Source: a virus
Virus record (IMG/VR): IMGVR_UViG_3300029057_000206
DNA length: 64,000 nucleotides
Reading direction: 5' to 3' (one strand)
The notes below the pieces were generated by a model that searched no databases, was not told the DNA's origin, and worked only from the letters and a program-made list of their open reading frames with translations. Of this stretch, positions 26,860 to 36,684 are shown one piece after another. Position numbers and translations under genes: made by a program. Within the stretch, counting starts at the first letter, position 1. Every line of letters begins with the position of its first letter.

Positions 26860-27030
26860 ATGTGTACTTTAAAGGATAAGTTAGTGGAATGTGGAGCATG
26901 TGTAGCAGCTGTAATTCTTGTGTTGGCAGTTTGTTATGGACTAAGTTGGATTGTAACATGTGGAGTTATTAAGCTGATTACGATGTGTTTTGGATTAACA
27001 TTTAAGTGGTCCATTGCAACCGGTAAATGA
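26860..27030 (+). CDS. hypothetical 56-aa Cys-rich membrane peptide
   Basis: RBS aaggaggat lies 6 nt upstream. The frame was checked codon by codon. Confidence 0.3.
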   Translation: MCTLKDKLVECGACVAAVILVLAVCYGLSWIVTCGVIKLITMCFGLTFKWSIATGK

Positions 27031-27286
27031 GCTATGACAATATTAAATTTTATCATTGAGTGTTGGAAGAATTCTTGCGACGAAAAAATCAAAAGGAATT
27101 ATGTTGAATCCCTTGCTAAAGTGGCGGTTTCAGTGGCCATCATTATTATATCTGTTTTATTATATTTGCACATATGAAATGTATAACGGAAATGTATATT
27201 TTGGGGGAGGAGGGGTAAGTACAAACATAATTTTTAAAAAAGTAGCGCAAAGAAAGAATTCACTAATGCAGAAGGGGCGTAACAAT

Positions 27287-29110
27287 ATGATCAACGGAGA
27301 ATTAGTTGTAGATAATTTTGCGGGCGGAGGAGGAGCTTCCACAGGAATTGAACTTGCTACCGGATACAGCGTAGACATAGCTATTAACCATGATCCGGAG
27401 GCCATTAAGATGCATAAAGTAAATCATCCCAATACAAAACACTATTGTGAAAACGTATGGGAGGTTGATCCAGTAAAAGCCTGCAAGGGGCACCCTGTCG
27501 GTCTTGCATGGTTTTCTCCGGACTGTAAGCATTTTTCCAAGGCCAAGGGGGGAAAACCGGTAGAAAAGAATATTCGCGGTCTTGCGTGGGTTGTGCTTAA
27601 ATGGGCGGCACTTGTCAGACCAAGAGTTATCATGCTTGAAAATGTGGAAGAATTTCAGACATGGGGACCATGTATTCCTATCAGGGATAAAGATACAGGA
27701 CGCGTTATTGTCAGCATGGTAGGAAGGCATGACAGAGAGAAGAACGAGCCGCGTACGAGGGTTGCAGATCCAGGAGAAGTTGTTCCTGTGGATCGCCAGA
27801 TATTCCAACCAGATCCTAAAAGGAGCGGCCAGACATACAAAAAATGGAGAAAGCAGCTAGAAGCACTTGGATATGAGATAGATACAAAGGAACTTGTAGC
27901 AGCTGATTATGGCGCACCTACTATGAGAAAGAGATTCTTTATGATTGCACGGTGTGATGGCAAGCCGATTGTCTGGCCGGAACCAACACATGGACCGGCA
28001 GATAGTGAAGAGGTAAAGGCAGGACTGTTAAAACCATACGTTGGAGCGTATACGCAATTGGATTTTTCTCTTCCTTGCCCGAGCATATTTGATACGGCAG
28101 AGGAAATCAAAAGGAAATATGGAATACGCGCTGTACGTCCATTGGCGCAGAAAACAATGGATCGAATCGCAAGAGGATTGAAAAAGTTCGTATTAGACAA
28201 TCCGGAGCCGTTTATTATCCAATGCAATCATGGTGGAGAGCGTAGACAAAGCGACATCAAAGAGCCTTTACCTACTATTACTGGAAAACACGGATATGGA
28301 ATTGTGGAACCTAAGATTGTTCCATATATGGGAACCAATACAACAAATCATCCAGGTGGAAATTGTAAAAATCCTATACATACAATTACAACAGGAAATC
28401 AACAGTGCCTTATCAGCCCAACGCTGATTCAGTATCATTCCGAAACATCGAAGGATGAAGTCAGAGGCCAATCGATTGAAGATCCGATAATGACCGTGGA
28501 TGGTTCGAACCGATACGGATTGGTCACGTCGTTTCTACATAAATATTATGACGGAGGATACACTGGAGCTGGTGATACTGTCGAAAATCCGTTACCGACA
28601 GTAACATCCTGGGATCATAACAGTCTGTGTGCAGTTAATCTGATCCAAATGAATAATCATTGCGATGGAAGGGACGTGAAGGAGCCAATTCCAACAATCA
28701 CAGCAGGCGATGGTCATTTCGGAGAGGTTAGAGCATTTCTGATCAAGTATTATGGTCAGGGAACTGGACAGGATGTTAAGGAACCTTTGGATACGGTTAC
28801 ATCAAGAGATCGATTTGGTTTAGTTACAATTAATGGTACCGACTATAAGATCGTGGATATCGGATTGAGGATGCTTGAACCGAAAGAACTGTATGGATGC
28901 CAGGGATTTCCAGATGATTACATCATAGACCGCGATTACACAGGGAAAAAATACCCAAGAAGCGAGCAGGTACGCAGGTGTGGAAATGCTGTATGTCCTC
29001 CGATTCCGGCTGCTCTTGTAAAAGCAAATCTTCCGGAATTATGCGTAGCGAAACGCACTGGGAATATGAAAATTCGTGAGGAACAGACCGGGCAGCTTAG
29101 ATTTGCATAA
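27287..29110 (+). CDS. DNA (cytosine-5)-methyltransferase with an expanded multi-repeat target-recognition region
   Basis: Motif I DNFAGGGG, motif IV SPDCKHFS, motif VI ENV, and six PTIT/PTVT-type repeats. The C-terminus has motif IX-X GCQGFPDDY...CGNAVCPP. The start was moved to the RBS-backed ATG 27287. Confidence 0.85.
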   Translation: MINGELVVDNFAGGGGASTGIELATGYSVDIAINHDPEAIKMHKVNHPNTKHYCENVWEVDPVKACKGHPVGLAWFSPDCKHFSKAKGGKPVEKNIRGLAWVVLKWAALVRPRVIMLENVEEFQTWGPCIPIRDKDTGRVIVSMVGRHDREKNEPRTRVADPGEVVPVDRQIFQPDPKRSGQTYKKWRKQLEALGYEIDTKELVAADYGAPTMRKRFFMIARCDGKPIVWPEPTHGPADSEEVKAGLLKPYVGAYTQLDFSLPCPSIFDTAEEIKRKYGIRAVRPLAQKTMDRIARGLKKFVLDNPEPFIIQCNHGGERRQSDIKEPLPTITGKHGYGIVEPKIVPYMGTNTTNHPGGNCKNPIHTITTGNQQCLISPTLIQYHSETSKDEVRGQSIEDPIMTVDGSNRYGLVTSFLHKYYDGGYTGAGDTVENPLPTVTSWDHNSLCAVNLIQMNNHCDGRDVKEPIPTITAGDGHFGEVRAFLIKYYGQGTGQDVKEPLDTVTSRDRFGLVTINGTDYKIVDIGLRMLEPKELYGCQGFPDDYIIDRDYTGKKYPRSEQVRRCGNAVCPPIPAALVKANLPELCVAKRTGNMKIREEQTGQLRFA

Positions 29111-29250
29111 ATTGCATAAATTGCTATACTGTAAAAAGAAAATGTAAATATTGCTATCATTTGTATTTTTATAGACGTTCATATGCGCAATACATAATTC
29201 TTTTTGAAAAAGTAATGAGATGGTAACAAAGAAAAAAGGAGAGTGAAAGA

Positions 29251-29709
29251 GTGGTTCAAAATTTTGAGGCGTATGGAGTTGAAATTACGGTAGAGAAACC
29301 AATTGCTGTATGCGTAGCGTGCTCATTTTGTGTAAACATAGATATGGCGGTGGATAAAAATGTTACTCATTTTTGTGAAATTCTTGGGAAAGAAATGACT
29401 AATCAAGAAGCTGATAATAAACCTTGTTCAGAATGTCCAATTACATATAGAAATAAAGAGTCTTTAAATGAAAAGAAGGAGAAAGGAAAAATGTTGATAA
29501 TAAGTATTGTAATTTTATTTATGGGACTTGTATACATGGGGGCTATTGGAGTTGAAACTTTTTCACGCTCATTAATTTTTATTATGATTTCCATCGTTGA
29601 GCTTTTTCTTATCGTGTATGCGGACCGAAAAGATTTTGAAGAAAAAAGAAAACGTGATCATTCCATAACTCAATATGATCCGGATGAAGAAACAATAGAA
29701 GAGGATTAA
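29251..29709 (+). CDS. hypothetical protein (Cys-rich N-terminus plus TM segment)
   Basis: 152-aa ORF. Confidence 0.4.
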   Translation: MVQNFEAYGVEITVEKPIAVCVACSFCVNIDMAVDKNVTHFCEILGKEMTNQEADNKPCSECPITYRNKESLNEKKEKGKMLIISIVILFMGLVYMGAIGVETFSRSLIFIMISIVELFLIVYADRKDFEEKRKRDHSITQYDPDEETIEED

Positions 29710-29897
29710 AAAATGGGGGATGAAATTTGCTATTTGCATGCTTCAGAATAGGAAATTAAAAGGATAATGGAGAATAGAAATGGGAGTTTTTCAAACAAAA
29801 GTATACAAGGAATGTTATCCATTTTCGAGAGAGGTTTTGTACAATACAGAAAAACGGAAATTAATAATTCATTTACTAGAAAGGTGGTGATATAATT

Positions 29898-30167
29898 ATG
29901 CATGAAATAGAAAACAAAATTTTAGAAGAATTGCTTGTTGCACCTTTGTGCATTGTTCAAGACCGGTATGGTGGATGTTATTCTGGAGCAGAATATCTGG
30001 CATTTAATATGGAACCGTATTTAGTAACAGAATTGGACGTAGATGCAGGTGATATGAGCTGTCGCGATTTTTGGGAATACGAAGCGAAAGAGTATATTAT
30101 TGGAAAAGGAAATACTCCGTTAGAAGCACTATGCGATTTACAAATTAAATTAACTTCAAAGAAGTGA
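29898..30167 (+). CDS. hypothetical protein
   Basis: RBS gaaaggtgg. Confidence 0.45.
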   Translation: MHEIENKILEELLVAPLCIVQDRYGGCYSGAEYLAFNMEPYLVTELDVDAGDMSCRDFWEYEAKEYIIGKGNTPLEALCDLQIKLTSKK

Positions 30168-30361
30168 TTGTGGCAGAAAGAACGGGTATAAAATGAAAAA
30201 GATTCCATGGCTTGTCTTATCTATCAATAACAGCAGAGTACCACTTCCATATGATGCTCCGCATGGGAGTGGTAGTTCATAAAAAAGCTTCCATCAATGC
30301 TTTTGAAAAGCTATAATTATAACGTGTTATGGTCAAGCTTATAATAAGGAGATGAATAAAT

Positions 30362-30577
30362 ATGTACGGTATATCAAGGAAAATCCATGAGAGATTCATA
30401 AATAGAAAGTCAAAGAAACACGATGAAAAATATACAGTCCCATTTCCTACGGACATTCCAAACCCAAATATCGTGGTTTTCGGTACTCATGGGAGTGGTA
30501 AATGTCGGATGCCTCTTCGCGTTAATGCTCAAATAAAAGAACTGACTACATATGATGGACTGACAGAAAGGAGATAA
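30362..30577 (+). CDS. hypothetical small protein
   Basis: RBS aaggagatg. Confidence 0.4.
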   Translation: MYGISRKIHERFINRKSKKHDEKYTVPFPTDIPNPNIVVFGTHGSGKCRMPLRVNAQIKELTTYDGLTERR

Positions 30578-30579
30578 AT

Positions 30580-30924
30580 ATGGGAACTATTAGAAACAGA
30601 TTAACGATTGTGAATGATTACAATTTTGATAGAATTACCAACACAAGACAAAATGCGGTTGAATATTTTGGAAAAATCATGCGAGATGAATTTGACTTTC
30701 CGGATTATGATGTGAACACACAGATGATAAGTCCTATTTTGCCAAGTGTAGTAAACGGCATATACACCTTTGTTATTATGGGAGACTGCTCAAAAGACGG
30801 ATGGGAATTATCTAACGATTTTAAAAAGTACAGAGACGAGTGGATTCGGAAAAATAAGGGTCTAAATATATTGGTTGCAGACTTTGGAGAGGGAGATGCA
30901 GAAGCATATATAAAAGAGTATTAA
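30580..30924 (+). CDS. hypothetical protein
   Basis: RBS gaaaggagat. Coupled to the previous gene. Confidence 0.45.
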   Translation: MGTIRNRLTIVNDYNFDRITNTRQNAVEYFGKIMRDEFDFPDYDVNTQMISPILPSVVNGIYTFVIMGDCSKDGWELSNDFKKYRDEWIRKNKGLNILVADFGEGDAEAYIKEY

Positions 30925-31136
30925 TGCCCGTTTACAGTCTATAAAAGACATATTGTATCCAGAATTAAGCAAACAAGCCGTTTCTTCTCGCCTGTAGAAG
31001 GAAGGTTGAACTGGATGAAGATGTGACAGTAGACAACTGGAAGGCTCGTATAGATATTGATGAATTAGAAGCTACATATCGGGTCGCAGATTTATATACC
31101 GGTTCAATCGAAGCGTGATAGTTAATGTGTAAAGAA

Positions 31137-31168
31137 AGAGTCTTGGAATAAGGCTCTTTTTTTTATTT
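31137..31168 (+). terminator. rho-independent terminator
   Basis: agagtcttggaataaggctc followed by T9. Confidence 0.5.
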
Positions 31169-31191
31169 CAGAAAAATTTTCAAGAAATTTC

Positions 31192-31238
31192 TGATTTACT
31201 TTGACGATTTTTCAAAAGGCGCAATATGTGTAATGAAG
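31192..31238 (+). promoter_or_regulatory. promoter element P copy 5
   Basis: tttactttgacgatttttcaaaaggcgcaatatgtgtaatg. Confidence 0.5.
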
Positions 31239-31270
31239 ACGAAAATAAGACGATTTTGGAGGGAGAAAAA

Positions 31271-31600
31271 ATGAAAATTTACTTTGAGGATGGAAAACTT
31301 GTCAATATTAAGCAATTACCGATTGCGCCGGATTATGTGATTGATGCTTCTGATGGAGTAACTGCCTGCATGGATATGCTGGATCGAATTTACTCGACTA
31401 ATCGAGATGCAGTTGTATATACAAATTCAATTATTGCATTCAGTAACCGGTATGCATGGAATGAAGAGAAGAAAATTTCGGATGTTTATATCAGAGATGG
31501 AGAGGGTATGGAATTTACCAATATTGCGCTTCTGACAAATAGACAACTTCGGGAGGGGCATAATCTCGCGAAGTTGTATCTTGGCGGTGAGTTCCGGTAG
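31271..31600 (+). CDS. hypothetical protein
   Basis: RBS ggagggag, then ATG 31271. Confidence 0.45.
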   Translation: MKIYFEDGKLVNIKQLPIAPDYVIDASDGVTACMDMLDRIYSTNRDAVVYTNSIIAFSNRYAWNEEKKISDVYIRDGEGMEFTNIALLTNRQLREGHNLAKLYLGGEFR

Positions 31601-31994
31601 GAAAGAAAGGGAAAAATCATGGACAAAAGTGGAGTAATTAACGGATAGACTTACGAGGAAACAAACCAGACTGCGAAAACTGCATGATTGTGGGAAAAAA
31701 TATGTACAGATAGGATGTCCTACGACAGCTTATGGGATTTGTGTAGGCATACAAAAAGGAAATTGATGAATACTATGCGGTCGGAGTCCCAGAAGAGCGC
31801 CTGGAAAATGCAGAAAAGCAGAGAAAGGAAGAAAAACTTGAGCAAGAATCTAATTTGCATATGAGGGTATAGCAGATTCAAGATCGGTTGTATGTATTAT
31901 TTTTGAAAGGGGTGATGCCTATTGAGAGTTAATTTTAAAGAGAGTACATAAATAGCAGTTTAAAAAATCATAAAGAATGTGAGGGAAAAAATAT

Positions 31995-33779
31995 ATGAGT
32001 GGTTTACCATTTGATCCTATTATTATTGCGGTTGTCGCGGTCGTTGTGATCCTTATCGGCATACTTGCCAGCGGGTATGTCAAAGCGCCGGCAGACAAGG
32101 CATACATCATTTCCGGACTTAAGAAAGTTCCGAAGGTGTTAATTGGCCGGGCAGGAATTAAGATTCCTTTTCTGGAAAGAAAAGACGAACTTCTGTTAAA
32201 GCAGATCGGTATTGATATTAAAACCGGAGGCTATGTTCCAACGAAAGATTTCATCGGTGTTGATATTGATGCGATTGCAAAAATCCGTCTGATTTCCATG
32301 CAGGATGTAGGCAAAGAGAAAACCTATACCAGAACAATCGTTGATGAGATTGTTGACGGCAGCAATACAAAAGATGGAGATAAAGAATATTCAACTCATA
32401 CAGAAACTGTTACAATCAAGATTACAGAAGATATGGCGCGTGCGGCAATGCGGAATTTCCTTAATATGAAAGAATCCAACATTGTTGAAGCTTTACAGGA
32501 TTCTTTACAGGGAAATATGAGAGAAATCGTTGGTACGCAGACATTGCGTGCTTTGTGCCAGGATCGTAAATCTTTTGGTGATGAGGTTCAGAGCAAAGCG
32601 CAGCCGGATATGAATGCCCTCGGTGTATGGATCGAGTCCTGCAATATTCAGCGTATTGAGGACGAACAGGATCTGATCAATGCTCTTGGTATGGATAACA
32701 TGGCTGCTATCCAGAAGAGTGCAAGCATTGCAAAGGCAGAGGCTGACAAAGACGTTGCGATTGCACAGGCGAAGGCAGCAAGAGAAGCAAATGATGCAAA
32801 AGTCGCCGCTGATACGGAAATTGCTGAGAAGCAGAACGAGCTTGCAATCAAAAAGGCAGAATTACAGCAGCTCTCTGACACAAAGAAGGCGATTGCGGAT
32901 GCTGCTTATAAGATTCAGGAACAGGAACAGCGTAAAGCGATTGAGACAGCAAAAGTTAATGCAGATATTGCAGAGCAGGAAAGAACTGTTGAACTTCGCG
33001 AGAAGGAAGCACAGGTTGCAGAACAGACACTTAATGCGACGGTAAAGAAGCAGGCGGATGCAGATAAGTACAGCAGACAGCAGGCTGCAGAAGCAAATCT
33101 GATTGAAAAATCCCGTCAGGCTGATGCAGAAAAATATCAGCAGGAGAAGGAAGCAGAAATCCAAAAGATTAAGGCAGAGGCCGATAAGGAAGCGAAGAAA
33201 AAAGAAGCAGAAGGTATTCTTGCAATCAAGAGATCAGAAGCAGAAGGTATCGCCGCTGTAGGTAAAGCAGAAGCTCAGGCAATCGAAGCAAAAGGTATTG
33301 CAGAAGCTCAAGCAATGGAGAAAAAAGCAGAAGCTTATTCAAAGTATAACAAGGCTGCTGTTGCAGAAATGACGATCAAAATGCTTCCAGAGCTTGCAGC
33401 CAAAGTTGCTGAGCCGCTTGGACAGATTGACAAAATCACAATCATCGGAGGCGGCGATGGCAGCAATGGTATCGAACAGGTTGCCGGGAATGTTCCTGTT
33501 GTTATGGCGAAGGTCTTTGAGAGTGTCAAAGAAGCTACAGGGATAGATCTGACAAGTATTGTTAATGCTGAGTCTTACGATGCGAAGGTTAACCGCAATG
33601 TTAATTTAACCGGTATCAAAGATACGGTGGCAATTTCCGGCGGATCAAAGAGTGATACTGACGCAGATAAAACCGAGAATTCCGGCATCGATTCTGATTT
33701 ATCAGGAGAAAATGCAGAGGTCATCCGTTCTTTGGCAGAAAATGCTAATCAGGAATCAGCTGACAGTAATCTGGACTAA
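31995..33779 (+). CDS. flotillin / SPFH (band-7) family membrane protein with a long EA-rich coiled-coil
   Basis: N-terminal TM segment, SPFH-like core, and (A/E/K)-rich repeats. 594 aa. Confidence 0.75.
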   Translation: MSGLPFDPIIIAVVAVVVILIGILASGYVKAPADKAYIISGLKKVPKVLIGRAGIKIPFLERKDELLLKQIGIDIKTGGYVPTKDFIGVDIDAIAKIRLISMQDVGKEKTYTRTIVDEIVDGSNTKDGDKEYSTHTETVTIKITEDMARAAMRNFLNMKESNIVEALQDSLQGNMREIVGTQTLRALCQDRKSFGDEVQSKAQPDMNALGVWIESCNIQRIEDEQDLINALGMDNMAAIQKSASIAKAEADKDVAIAQAKAAREANDAKVAADTEIAEKQNELAIKKAELQQLSDTKKAIADAAYKIQEQEQRKAIETAKVNADIAEQERTVELREKEAQVAEQTLNATVKKQADADKYSRQQAAEANLIEKSRQADAEKYQQEKEAEIQKIKAEADKEAKKKEAEGILAIKRSEAEGIAAVGKAEAQAIEAKGIAEAQAMEKKAEAYSKYNKAAVAEMTIKMLPELAAKVAEPLGQIDKITIIGGGDGSNGIEQVAGNVPVVMAKVFESVKEATGIDLTSIVNAESYDAKVNRNVNLTGIKDTVAISGGSKSDTDADKTENSGIDSDLSGENAEVIRSLAENANQESADSNLD

Positions 33780-33794
33780 CAGAATATGTAATTT

Positions 33795-33842
33795 AAGACA
33801 TATACCGGGGTACTTGCGTATTCTGGTATATGTCTTTTTATG
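33795..33842 (+). terminator. rho-independent terminator
   Basis: An 11-bp stem agacatatacc/ggtatatgtct is followed by a T-run. Confidence 0.55.
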
Positions 33843-33980
33843 CTTTTATGGTGAGAGTTTTATTTTTGATCATGGCGAAACGATACCAAAGAAAGTCCGG
33901 TTTGCAGTGTACGAAAAATGCAACCACCGGTGCAATTTTTACTTCGAAAAGATCGGACTGGATATGGCGTAAGTTTTCAA

Positions 33981-34028
33981 AAAATCTTTGACGATTTTTC
34001 AAAAGGCGCAATATGTATAGTGTAAAGG
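33981..34028 (+). promoter_or_regulatory. promoter element P copy 6
   Basis: aaaatctttgacgatttttcaaaaggcgcaatatgtatagtg. Confidence 0.5.
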
Positions 34029-34165
34029 TCATAAACCGAGCTGCCAGGGTTACCGGCTGGCAGAAAATCCTTTCGAAAAATGTTTACGTTCCGGGAAATC
34101 CCCGGAAAGGATAGTGGGTACGCAGCGCAAGTTATTCCGGGTTCGACTCCCGGATATCCTTTTTC
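34019..34165 (+). ncRNA. structured small RNA family A copy 2
   Basis: It has the same hairpins as copy 1. The terminator is ccgggttcgactcccgg followed by a U-run. Confidence 0.45.
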
Positions 34166-34197
34166 AAAATTGCAGGAAAAATGTGGAGGAAAAGAGA

Positions 34198-34503
34198 ATG
34201 GATGAACTGATCAAGAAACTTCGGATGTATGCAGACACATACAAAAAAGAACCAGCCGGACGGGAAGTTGAAGGTACCGTGGAATTGCTCGAAAATTCTG
34301 CAGATGCTTTGCAGGAAGCAGGGGAGGCTGTTCAAAAATTAAAGCAGAGATTTGTGGATGGAATAGATGTCCATTACCAGGGACATGATGCCGACGATTA
34401 CATTGAGTGTCCTTTCTGCGGATACGAGGTTGCAGCGATCGACGATTACTGTGAGCTGCGCCCAAATCATTGTCCGAAATGTGGAACAAAGCTGATATAC
34501 TAG
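34198..34503 (+). CDS. hypothetical zinc-ribbon protein (CPFCG...CPKCG)
   Basis: RBS gtggagga, then ATG 34198. Confidence 0.45.
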   Translation: MDELIKKLRMYADTYKKEPAGREVEGTVELLENSADALQEAGEAVQKLKQRFVDGIDVHYQGHDADDYIECPFCGYEVAAIDDYCELRPNHCPKCGTKLIY

Positions 34504-34518
34504 ATATAGGAGGCTGGC

Positions 34519-34746
34519 ATGAAAGAATTGAGGAAGTTGTGCATGCACCCATTGTGCGATGCAGAGCCAAAAATGCATACGATTTACGAATATATCGGAA
34601 AAGCCGGGACGAAAGGTACGACAGTTTTGTGGTTCCTTGAGATCCCAAAAAAGGAGCCAAAGTGTATGGGATCAGTGAGGAAGACCATGTTTCTCCGTAT
34701 ATGGAAGGCATGGCATTCCGGTATGCAGAATTCAAACCATACATGA
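34519..34746 (+). CDS. hypothetical small protein
   Basis: RBS taggagg. Confidence 0.3.
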   Translation: MKELRKLCMHPLCDAEPKMHTIYEYIGKAGTKGTTVLWFLEIPKKEPKCMGSVRKTMFLRIWKAWHSGMQNSNHT

Positions 34747-34855
34747 TTGATGAGATTTACAGCAATGGATTCGTTGTCTGCCACGAGTGTTAGGATAAGA
34801 CAAAAATGCGTGTCCAATTAACAAGAAGGAATATGCGGTAAGTAATGGAGATATT

Positions 34856-35335
34856 GTGGATATAAATGCAGAATACCACAAAAGGGCATCAAATCTTGGC
34901 ATGGAGAAGCAGAGGACTTACCTTCAGTATGAGATCTCCAAGCCAGATGTCATCAGAAAAGATCTTGAGACCGCAAAAAAGAGGCTGGAAAAGGCAAAAG
35001 AAAGAAATTTTAAAACGTTGGATGAGTGGGAAGAAAAAATTGAAGCTTATACGAAAGTGTTGGAAGACAGCAAAGTATCTTCCTTGTTTTACAATGATAT
35101 TTCTAACGCCATTTCGGACGGAACAGCACAGTGCCGTATCTGTACCTTCGTTTGGCAGGGTAAATGGAAATATACGGAAAATATTTCCCTTGGAGTGTGC
35201 GTCGTGATCAAGCACATGGGGTACACCTACATTTTTGGCACAAGTCCAGACAGCCAGTATTCTCCATGTTTTGCAGTATGGGAAAGCGAAGGAGAACCAG
35301 AGCTGGAAGAAGAAAACTACCTTATAGTCAAGTAA
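34856..35335 (+). CDS. hypothetical protein (possible GTG start)
   Basis: 159-aa ORF. Confidence 0.4.
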   Translation: MDINAEYHKRASNLGMEKQRTYLQYEISKPDVIRKDLETAKKRLEKAKERNFKTLDEWEEKIEAYTKVLEDSKVSSLFYNDISNAISDGTAQCRICTFVWQGKWKYTENISLGVCVVIKHMGYTYIFGTSPDSQYSPCFAVWESEGEPELEEENYLIVK

Positions 35336-35387
35336 GAAAGAAGCCGGGGAATCCCGACTTTTCTGCTGCATTGTGTGTATATTTTAA

Positions 35388-35461
35388 CGCCGCCTGCGGG
35401 ATTCGAACCCGCGGATAAAGAGTTCAAAGCTCCCTGCGTTAACCTTTTCGCCAAGGCGGAG
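35388..35461 (-). tRNA. tRNA-Gln(TTG)-like, degenerate (acceptor mismatch, G-U pairs in the anticodon stem)
   Basis: T-arm gcgggTTCGAATcccgc. Anticodon loop CTTTGAA. Confidence 0.35.
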
Positions 35462-35532
35462 CACACCCGGAAGGACTCGAACCCTCGTTACCGGTTTTGG
35501 AGACCAGTTTCTGTCCATCAGACAGGTGCATA
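35462..35532 (-). tRNA. tRNA-Trp(CCA)-like with a reduced D-arm (possible pseudo-tRNA)
   Basis: Anticodon arm ctggtCTCCAAAaccgg. T-arm gagggTTCGAGTccttc. The acceptor needs two G-U pairs. Confidence 0.35.
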
Positions 35533-35533
35533 A

Positions 35534-35604
35534 CAGGCGATAATGGAATCGAACCATTGTTTTCTGAGTCAGAATCAGATGTCTTACCATTGAACGAATC
35601 GCCC
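35534..35604 (-). tRNA. tRNA-Gln(CTG)
   Basis: Anticodon arm tctgaTTCTGACtcaga. T-arm aatggTTCGATTccatt. Position 1:72 is a G-U wobble. Confidence 0.5.
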
Positions 35605-35606
35605 AG

Positions 35607-35680
35607 TATCCCCAAAGGGACTCGAACCCTTAACCGACAGATTAGAAATCTGTTGCTCTTTCCAATTGAGCTATGGGGAT
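35607..35680 (-). tRNA. tRNA-Arg(TCT)
   Basis: Full cloverleaf: acceptor ATCCCCA/TGGGGAT, D-arm GCTCaattggaaaGAGC, anticodon arm acagaTTTCTAAtctgt, T-arm aagggTTCGAGTccctt. Confidence 0.75.
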
Positions 35681-35686
35681 ATATAG

Positions 35687-35776
35687 CGCAGACACCGGGG
35701 ATCGAACCCGGACAGCGGGTGTGCCGCATGCCACATTAGCAGTGTGGAGGGGTACCATTTACCTTTATATGTCTGC
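35687..35776 (-). tRNA. tRNA-Ser(GCT), class II
   Basis: Acceptor GCAGACA/TGTCTGC. Anticodon arm ccacaCTGCTAAtgtgg. Long variable arm. T-arm ccgggTTCGATCcccgg. Confidence 0.6.
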
Positions 35777-35781
35777 ATAAG

Positions 35782-35853
35782 AGGCATCGGAGGGGATCGA
35801 ACCCTCGCCTTCCGGGTTGCAGCCGGACGCCTTCGCCGTTTGGCTACGATGCC
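35782..35853 (-). tRNA. tRNA-Cys(GCA)
   Basis: Acceptor GGCATCG/CGATGCC. Anticodon arm tccggCTGCAACccgga. T-arm gagggTTCGATCccctc. Confidence 0.75.
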
Positions 35854-35883
35854 ATATAATTCTTCCCGATAAGAGAAGATGAG

Positions 35884-35967
35884 CGCTGGGGCAGGGAGTC
35901 GAACCCTGATATCCTTTCGGAATGACGGTTTTCAGGACCGTTGCTTTACCAGTTGAGCCACCACAGC
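35884..35967 (-). tRNA. tRNA-Ser(TGA), class II, with an unusual C33
   Basis: Anticodon arm acggtCCTGAAAaccgt. Variable-arm hairpin tccGAAAgga. T-arm cagggTTCGACTccctg. Confidence 0.55.
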
Positions 35968-36005
35968 AAAAATAAAAGCATACACCTCTCAATCGAAAGA
36001 TGTAT
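35960..36005 (-). terminator. terminator inside the tRNA array (minus strand) that splits it into two transcription units
   Basis: The reverse complement reads aagcataca...tgtatgctt followed by ttatttttg. Confidence 0.45.
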
Positions 36006-36212
36006 GCTTTGCAATTCCAGGTATTTCCAATATTCTCCCGGAAATTTCCCTACAATGACCACATTTCTTTCAATTTGAGACAATATTTATTTGCACGACA
36101 ACTACGCCAGATACATGACTGCGACTGACTCATACTTGCCTGTGAATATTGTCTCATTACTGCTGTAATCATTGATTTTCCCTTCCTTTCCTTGGTTTTC
36201 TTGAATATTTAG

Positions 36213-36286
36213 TGTGTCTGGTGGGACTTGAACCCGACGACCCCACGATTAAAAGTCGCGTGCTCTGCCAACTGAGCTACAGACAC
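36213..36286 (-). tRNA. tRNA-Lys(TTT)
   Basis: Acceptor GTGTCTG/CAGACAC. D-arm GCTCagttggcaGAGC. Anticodon arm cgcgaCTTTTAAtcgtg. The T-stem is imperfect. Confidence 0.6.
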
Positions 36287-36291
36287 ATAAG

Positions 36292-36363
36292 CGGATCAGG
36301 AGGGGATCGAACCCTCATCTTCCGGTAGACAGCCGGATGTACTAGCCGCTATACTACAGATCC
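36292..36363 (-). tRNA. tRNA-Asp(GTC)
   Basis: Anticodon arm tccggCTGTCTAccgga. T-arm gagggTTCGATCccctc. Confidence 0.65.
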
Positions 36364-36367
36364 ATAA

Positions 36368-36440
36368 AGCTCCCGTCCGGCTTCGAACCGGAAACCTTCT
36401 GATTACAAGTCAGATGCACTACCAGTTGTGCTACAGGAGC
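36368..36440 (-). tRNA. tRNA-Thr(TGT)
   Basis: D-arm GCACaactggtaGTGC. Anticodon arm tctgaCTTGTAAtcaga. T-arm tccggTTCGAAGccgga. Confidence 0.7.
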
Positions 36441-36446
36441 AGGAAC

Positions 36447-36519
36447 ACTTCCGACGGGTGCTGCCCCGCTATCTCCGCCGTGACAGGGCGGTGACTCTGT
36501 TGTTTGTCCTCGGAAGTAA
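36447..36519 (-). pseudogene. tRNA-like pseudogene (7-bp acceptor cttccga/tcggaag and a GTC-anticodon-like hairpin, but no TTCGA T-loop)
   Basis: The reverse complement reads CTTCCGAgg...ccgccCTGTCACggcgg...TCGGAAG. Confidence 0.3.
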
Positions 36520-36524
36520 ATAAG

Positions 36525-36606
36525 TGCGCCGGGGAGGACTCGAACCTCCGGTGTTTCTTTGTGGCTGATTTACAGTCAGCTGCTGTCGCCTCTGAGCCAC
36601 CGACGC
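36525..36606 (-). tRNA. tRNA-Tyr(GTA), class II length, with an unstructured variable region
   Basis: Acceptor GCGTCGG/CCGGCGC. Anticodon arm gctgaCTGTAAAtcagc. T-arm ggaggTTCGAGTcctcc. Confidence 0.55.
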
Positions 36607-36611
36607 ATAAG

Positions 36612-36683
36612 CTGGTCCGGAGGGTCTCGAACCCTCAACGCCCCGGTTAACAGCCGGGTGCTCTACCATTGAGCTACGGATCA
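36612..36683 (-). tRNA. tRNA-Asn(GTT)
   Basis: Starts with U1-A72. D-arm GCTCaatggtaGAGC. Anticodon arm cccggCTGTTAAccggg. T-arm gagggTTCGAGAccctc. Confidence 0.7.
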
Positions 36684-36684
36684 G

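Noticed and set aside
32648-33164. ORFs on both strands within the flotillin gene
   Set aside because: They are artefacts of the repetitive GCA/GAA-rich coiled-coil coding region.
5400-34000. Integron gene-cassette array, suggested by the many small genes each with a terminator
   Set aside because: There is no intI integrase and no attC-type imperfect palindromes. The cassettes carry their own promoters or leaders.
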